Source of the DNA: Macrostomum hystrix
Taxonomy: Eukaryota; Animalia; Platyhelminthes
Assembly: GCA_950097015.1 (NCBI GenBank)
Contig: CATNEN010000039.1
Location: 13,020,001-13,084,000, forward strand
Reading direction: 5' to 3'
DNA length: 64,000 bases
The translations under genes and the position numbers were made by a program. The stretch's first letter is position 1; each line of letters starts with the position of its first letter. Positions 59,701 through 64,000 of this stretch are shown here, one piece after another. The notes beneath the pieces were generated by a model. The model was given only the letters and a program-made list of their open reading frames with translations, had not been told where the DNA came from and did no database searches.

Positions 59701-60165
59701 CTCCGTCAGTGGGCACATTAATTCAGATCTAGTGACCTGGCTCAATTCCGAATTCTCAATCACAAGGCAATTTAGCGAAACAGTTGCGCTTTGTATTATA
59801 AAATCAAACAGGTATTCTCAACACCCGAGCTTACCCACAGATGATTTGGTCTTGCAAATAATGTTCTTATATTTGCTTCTCTGTGTACAGGTTCAGTTAG
59901 ATAACAACCTGATTTTAGACGGTGTGAAACCTTGGTAGTGAAAAAATCAGTTCTAATGACATTGTGAAATCTGTAATGTACGATCTTATTTTCATATTTT
60001 TTACAATTTATTTATTTATTTATTTTGCTCACTTATTATTACCAATTATAATTGTATTTTGTTTGTTATAAACACATTTTTCTGCATGCAAAGGTTGCTT
60101 AAAAATATTTTTTTCAACAACGTTTTGTTGTTATTTTATTTAACGTAACACATGTTTTCTGATGT

Positions 60166-61997
60166 TCTATTACAAGGCTGTCCCAGTTATTACAAGGCTG
60201 TCCCAGTTATTACAAGTCTGTCCCAGTTATTACAAGTCTGTTCCAGTTATTACAAGTGTGTCCCAGTTATTACAAGTGTGTTCCAGTTATTACAAGTCTG
60301 TCCCAGTTATTACAAGGCTGTCCCAGTTATTACAAGGCTGTCCCAGTTATTACAAGTCTGTCCCAGTTATTACAAGTCTGTCCCAGTTATTACAAGTGTG
60401 TTCCAGTTATTACAAGTCTGTTCCAGTTATTACAAGTGTGTTCCAGTTATTACAAGTCTGTTCCAGTTATTACAAGTCTGTTCCAGTTATTACACGTGTG
60501 TCCCATTTATTACACGTGTGTTTCAGTTATTACAAATCTGTCCCAGTTATTACAAGTCTGTCCCAGTTATTACAAGTGTGTTCCATTTATTACAAGTGTG
60601 TTTCAGTTATTACAAATCTGTCCCAGTTATTACAAGTCTGTCCCAGTTATTACAAGTGTGTCCCAGTTATTTCAAGCCTGTCCCAGTTATTACAAGGCTG
60701 TCCCAGTTATTACAAGGCTGTCCCAGTTATTACAAGTGTGTCCCAGTTATTACAAGTGTGTTCCAGTTATTACAAGTGTGTTCCAGTTATTACAAGTGTG
60801 TTCCAGTTATTACAAGTCTGTTCCAGTTATTACAAGTCTGTTCCAGTTATTACAAGTGTGTTCCAGTTATTACAAGTGTGTTCCAGTTATTACAAGTCTG
60901 TTCCAGTTATTACAAGTCTGTCCCAGTTATTTCAAGCCTGTCCCAGTTATTTCAAGCGTGCCCAGTTATTACAAGTGTGTCCCAGTTATTACAAGTCTGT
61001 CCCAGTTATTACAAGTCTGTTACAGTTATTACAAGTGTGTCCCAGTTATTTCAAGCCTGTCCCAGTTATTACAAGTGTGTTCCAGTTATTACAAGTCTGT
61101 TCCAGTTATTACAAGTCTGTTCCAGTTATTACACGTGTGTCCCATTTATTACACGTGTGTTTCAGTTATTACAAATCTGTCCCAGTTATTACAAGTCTGT
61201 CCCAGTTATTACAAGTGTGTTCCATTTATTACAAGTGTGTTTCAGTTATTACAAATCTGTCCCAGTTATTACAAGTGTGTCCCAGTTATTTCAAGCCTGT
61301 CCCAGTTATTACAAGGCTGTCCCAGTTATTACAAGGCTGTCCCAGTTATTACAAGTGTGTCCCAGTTATTACAAGTGTGTTCCAGTTATTACAAGTCTGT
61401 TCCAGTTATTACAAGTCTGTTCCAGTTATTACAAGTCTGTTACAGTTATTACAAGTCTGTCCCAGTTATTACAAGTCTGTCCCAGTTATTACAAGTGTGT
61501 TCCAGTTATTACAAGTGTGTCCCAGTTATTACAAATCTGTCCCAGTTATTTCAAGCCTGTCCCAGTTATTTCAAGCGTGCCCAGTTATTACAAGTGTGTC
61601 CCAATTATTACAAGTCTGTCCCAGTTATTACAAGGCTGTCCCAGTTATTACAAGTGTGTCCCAGTTATTACAAGTCTGTCCCAGTTATTACAAGTCTGTC
61701 CCAGTTATTACAAGTGTGTCCCAGTTATTTCAAGCCTGTCCCAGTTATTACAAGTGTGTTCCAGTTATTACAAGTCTGTTCCAGTTATTACAAGTGTGTT
61801 CCAGTTATTACAAGTCTGTTCCAGTTATTACAAGTCTGTCCCAGTTATTTCAAGCCTGTCCCAGTTATTACAAGTCTGTCCCAGTTATTACAAGTCTGTC
61901 CCAGTTATTACAAGTCTGTCCCAGTTATTACAAGTGTGTCCCAGTTATTTCAAGCCTGTCCCAGTTATTTCAAGCCTGTCCCAGTTATTACAAGTCC
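60166..61997. repeat. 20-bp minisatellite (TCCCAGTTATTACAAGTCTG)n with a ~639-bp block duplication
   Basis: About 90 copies; the TACACGTGTGTCCCATTTAT variant occurs at ~60491 and ~61130. Confidence 0.97.
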
Positions 61998-62559
61998 AAA
62001 CCAATTCACTGAACATGTTTGCGTATTTATTGTTTCAAAAATAATTTATAGTTTTCCTTTGATGCCAGAATAGGTTTAAAACAACGGGTGCCAAACGCAT
62101 TGCGTGTTTAATTTTCATCGCTTGTATTCGCTTATAAACAACCTGATTGAAAACAATATCAGGTTGTGTAATCTCTGCATTGTAATACAAATATTTTCTG
62201 TAAATTAACTTCAATTACTCAAAACTTTTTTCAAGTTTATATTTTTCTTTCAGTGGCTTCTCGTCCTTAAAGTTTGTGACAAAGACTTTATTTTATCTTC
62301 CAAGCAGCTGCTTGCAGGCATCACACCCGTGACACACAAAATACTTGTTGCTTGCTCGTTTTATACATAATTATGCAAGTATTAAGAGGAATCAAATAAA
62401 TAATCTATATTTTTTGTATTCCTGTATTATTCCTCTCGGTTGGTATTTTATCCGCTGCTCACAATTTGGTACGTGGCCAATTTTTTTACTATCGAACAGT
62501 AACCGGCTTGATTAGATTGCGTGTTTAATTCTCTGTGTTTTTTATAAGAATCAGATAAT

Positions 62560-63015
62560 AAAGTGGCGTTGTGGGGCAAGAAATGGGTTGGTGGAGGCGA
62601 GGAATAACGTGGCGCGGCTGAAAATGCGTTGGCGGGGCAGAGAATGAGATGACAAACAAGGAATGACGTATCGTGGCTGAAAATGAGGTGGCGAGCAGAA
62701 AATGCGTTCGTGGGGCAGAGAACGAAGTGGCGGGGCAGAGAACGAAGTGGCGGGGCAGAGAACGGGGTGGCGGGGCAGTAAACGGGGTGGTGGGCAAGGA
62801 ATGAGGTGGCGGGGCAGAGAACGGGGTGGTGGGGCAAGGAATGGGGTGGCGGGGCAGAGAACGGGGTGGTGGGGCAAGGAATGAGGTGGCGGGGCAGAGA
62901 ACGGGGTGCATGGTGGGGCAAGGAATGAGGTGGCGGGGCAGAGAACGGGGTGGTAGGGCAAGGAATGAGGTGGCTGAAGGGAGGAGGTGAGGTGGCTGGC
63001 TTGCGAGTTGGGTGG
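62560..63015. repeat. G-rich degenerate ~20-bp repeat (GGTGGCGGGGCAGAGAACGG)n
   Basis: Multiple GGGG runs; potential G-quadruplex former. Confidence 0.9.
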
Positions 63016-64000
63016 CATGACATCGAATATGATTCCAGAAGATTTCAGGGACATTATTTCTGTACGATTTTGTATGCACTCCTCGACAATCTACTTACCT
63101 TCCTTAACAGTAGAAAGACCACGGTGTATTTTACCCCTGGGATGAAGACCATGAGGGGTATTTCCAATACCCACTGCCTACTTCACGATAGCTCCCAAAT
63201 TGGATGACTGATTTTCGTGAAAGTCCACCATCTGAATCTAAATTTACGAGGAGCTAACTTTCCGAGCCGTACCAGCCAGCATCGTCGATATATTCTGCGA
63301 TTCTTGTCGAAGACCCTGGTGACAATGTCTATGGTCTCATGCTATTTGGCCATAGAGTTAAGGACATTCAAAATGAGAGATCGGAAGGCAAACCAATCTA
63401 ATAATCAAACAGTCGAGTGGACGAGCCCAAAATCTGCAGAGATGGCCATGCCGTTAATGCCTGATAGCAGAGAAGACTTGAAAAAGCCATAGAACAATAC
63501 TTTTAAGCGAGCCCCTCAGATTTTTTGCCATGAATTGGCTCGTTTCGCGTACCGAGGGTTTTAGTTGTCCCTGGCCTGAATTCATTCTCGTTTTTAAATG
63601 CCCCTGTCTCGTTTTGGTTGTCCAAATGTCTATGTTCTCTAGCGGCGAGGTTTACTTAAAGGATAGTTAAATCCATAGCCATTATCTTTGGTTATAAGTA
63701 GCGATGATTATTTATTCTGAAAGTTGTTTCATCAGATAGAGCGGAAAATTTTAGCCCGTGTTCTGGATTTTCATTGGCGATTGGTTGAATATATTGCAGA
63801 TAAAAAAGGAAAATGTTGATTTCCACCTTCCTCCAGATTTTCTATTGCCTAAGACCTTGTCTTACACCCGTACGTTCGACTTATTAAACATCTTTTTGCT
63901 TTACAATAGTGCGGCTAATTTTAGAATGTAGGAAACAGTTCTCAAACGCCATCACTTCGGAGCAATACACGTAAGCATCGAAAAACAGCGAAACACGCCC

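Noticed and set aside
60152-62073. Three ~600-aa ORFs in all three plus frames
   Set aside because: A 20-bp unit lacking stop codons cycles through the frames; an artefact of the tandem repeat.
63217-63492. 91-aa ORF as a gene
   Set aside because: Non-ATG start, overlaps a dispersed repeat, and no recognisable motif or splice context.

Overview
Gene-dense eukaryotic (animal) genomic DNA with GT-AG introns. The compact genes, a different minisatellite in almost every intron and spacer, and 3' splice acceptors just upstream of start codons fit a flatworm such as Macrostomum (inference, not proven). Manual exon assembly gives 11 protein genes in three co-directional blocks. Plus strand: a small secreted prepropeptide, DCAF4-like, INTS6 and PTAR1. 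Minus strand: TTC30/IFT70, TEX36, an aminergic-type class A GPCR and a HAUS2-like gene. Plus strand again: RPAP3, TMEM41B and TNFAIP8. Mobile DNA comprises two tRNA-derived SINE families, three MITEs with 8-bp target-site duplications, one long-TIR element, a solo LTR nested in a SINE and a degraded Gypsy pol fragment. There are about 25 tandem arrays, which explain most long ORFs in the ORF track. Most interesting: (1) a signal peptide + acidic spacer + KK + cationic amphipathic helix + GK-stop precursor (antimicrobial/toxin-like) with an in-frame TGA in the middle of the mature peptide; (2) an operon-like, probably trans-spliced layout, with PTAR1 possibly taking its start codon from a spliced leader; (3) a TNFAIP8 start codon split by an intron; (4) a minisatellite that multiplies a GPCR 5' splice site; (5) an array of RFX X-box-like sites next to cilia-related genes; (6) near-complementary satellites in two TTC30 introns. 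All gene names rest on recalled motif similarity; no searches were run.
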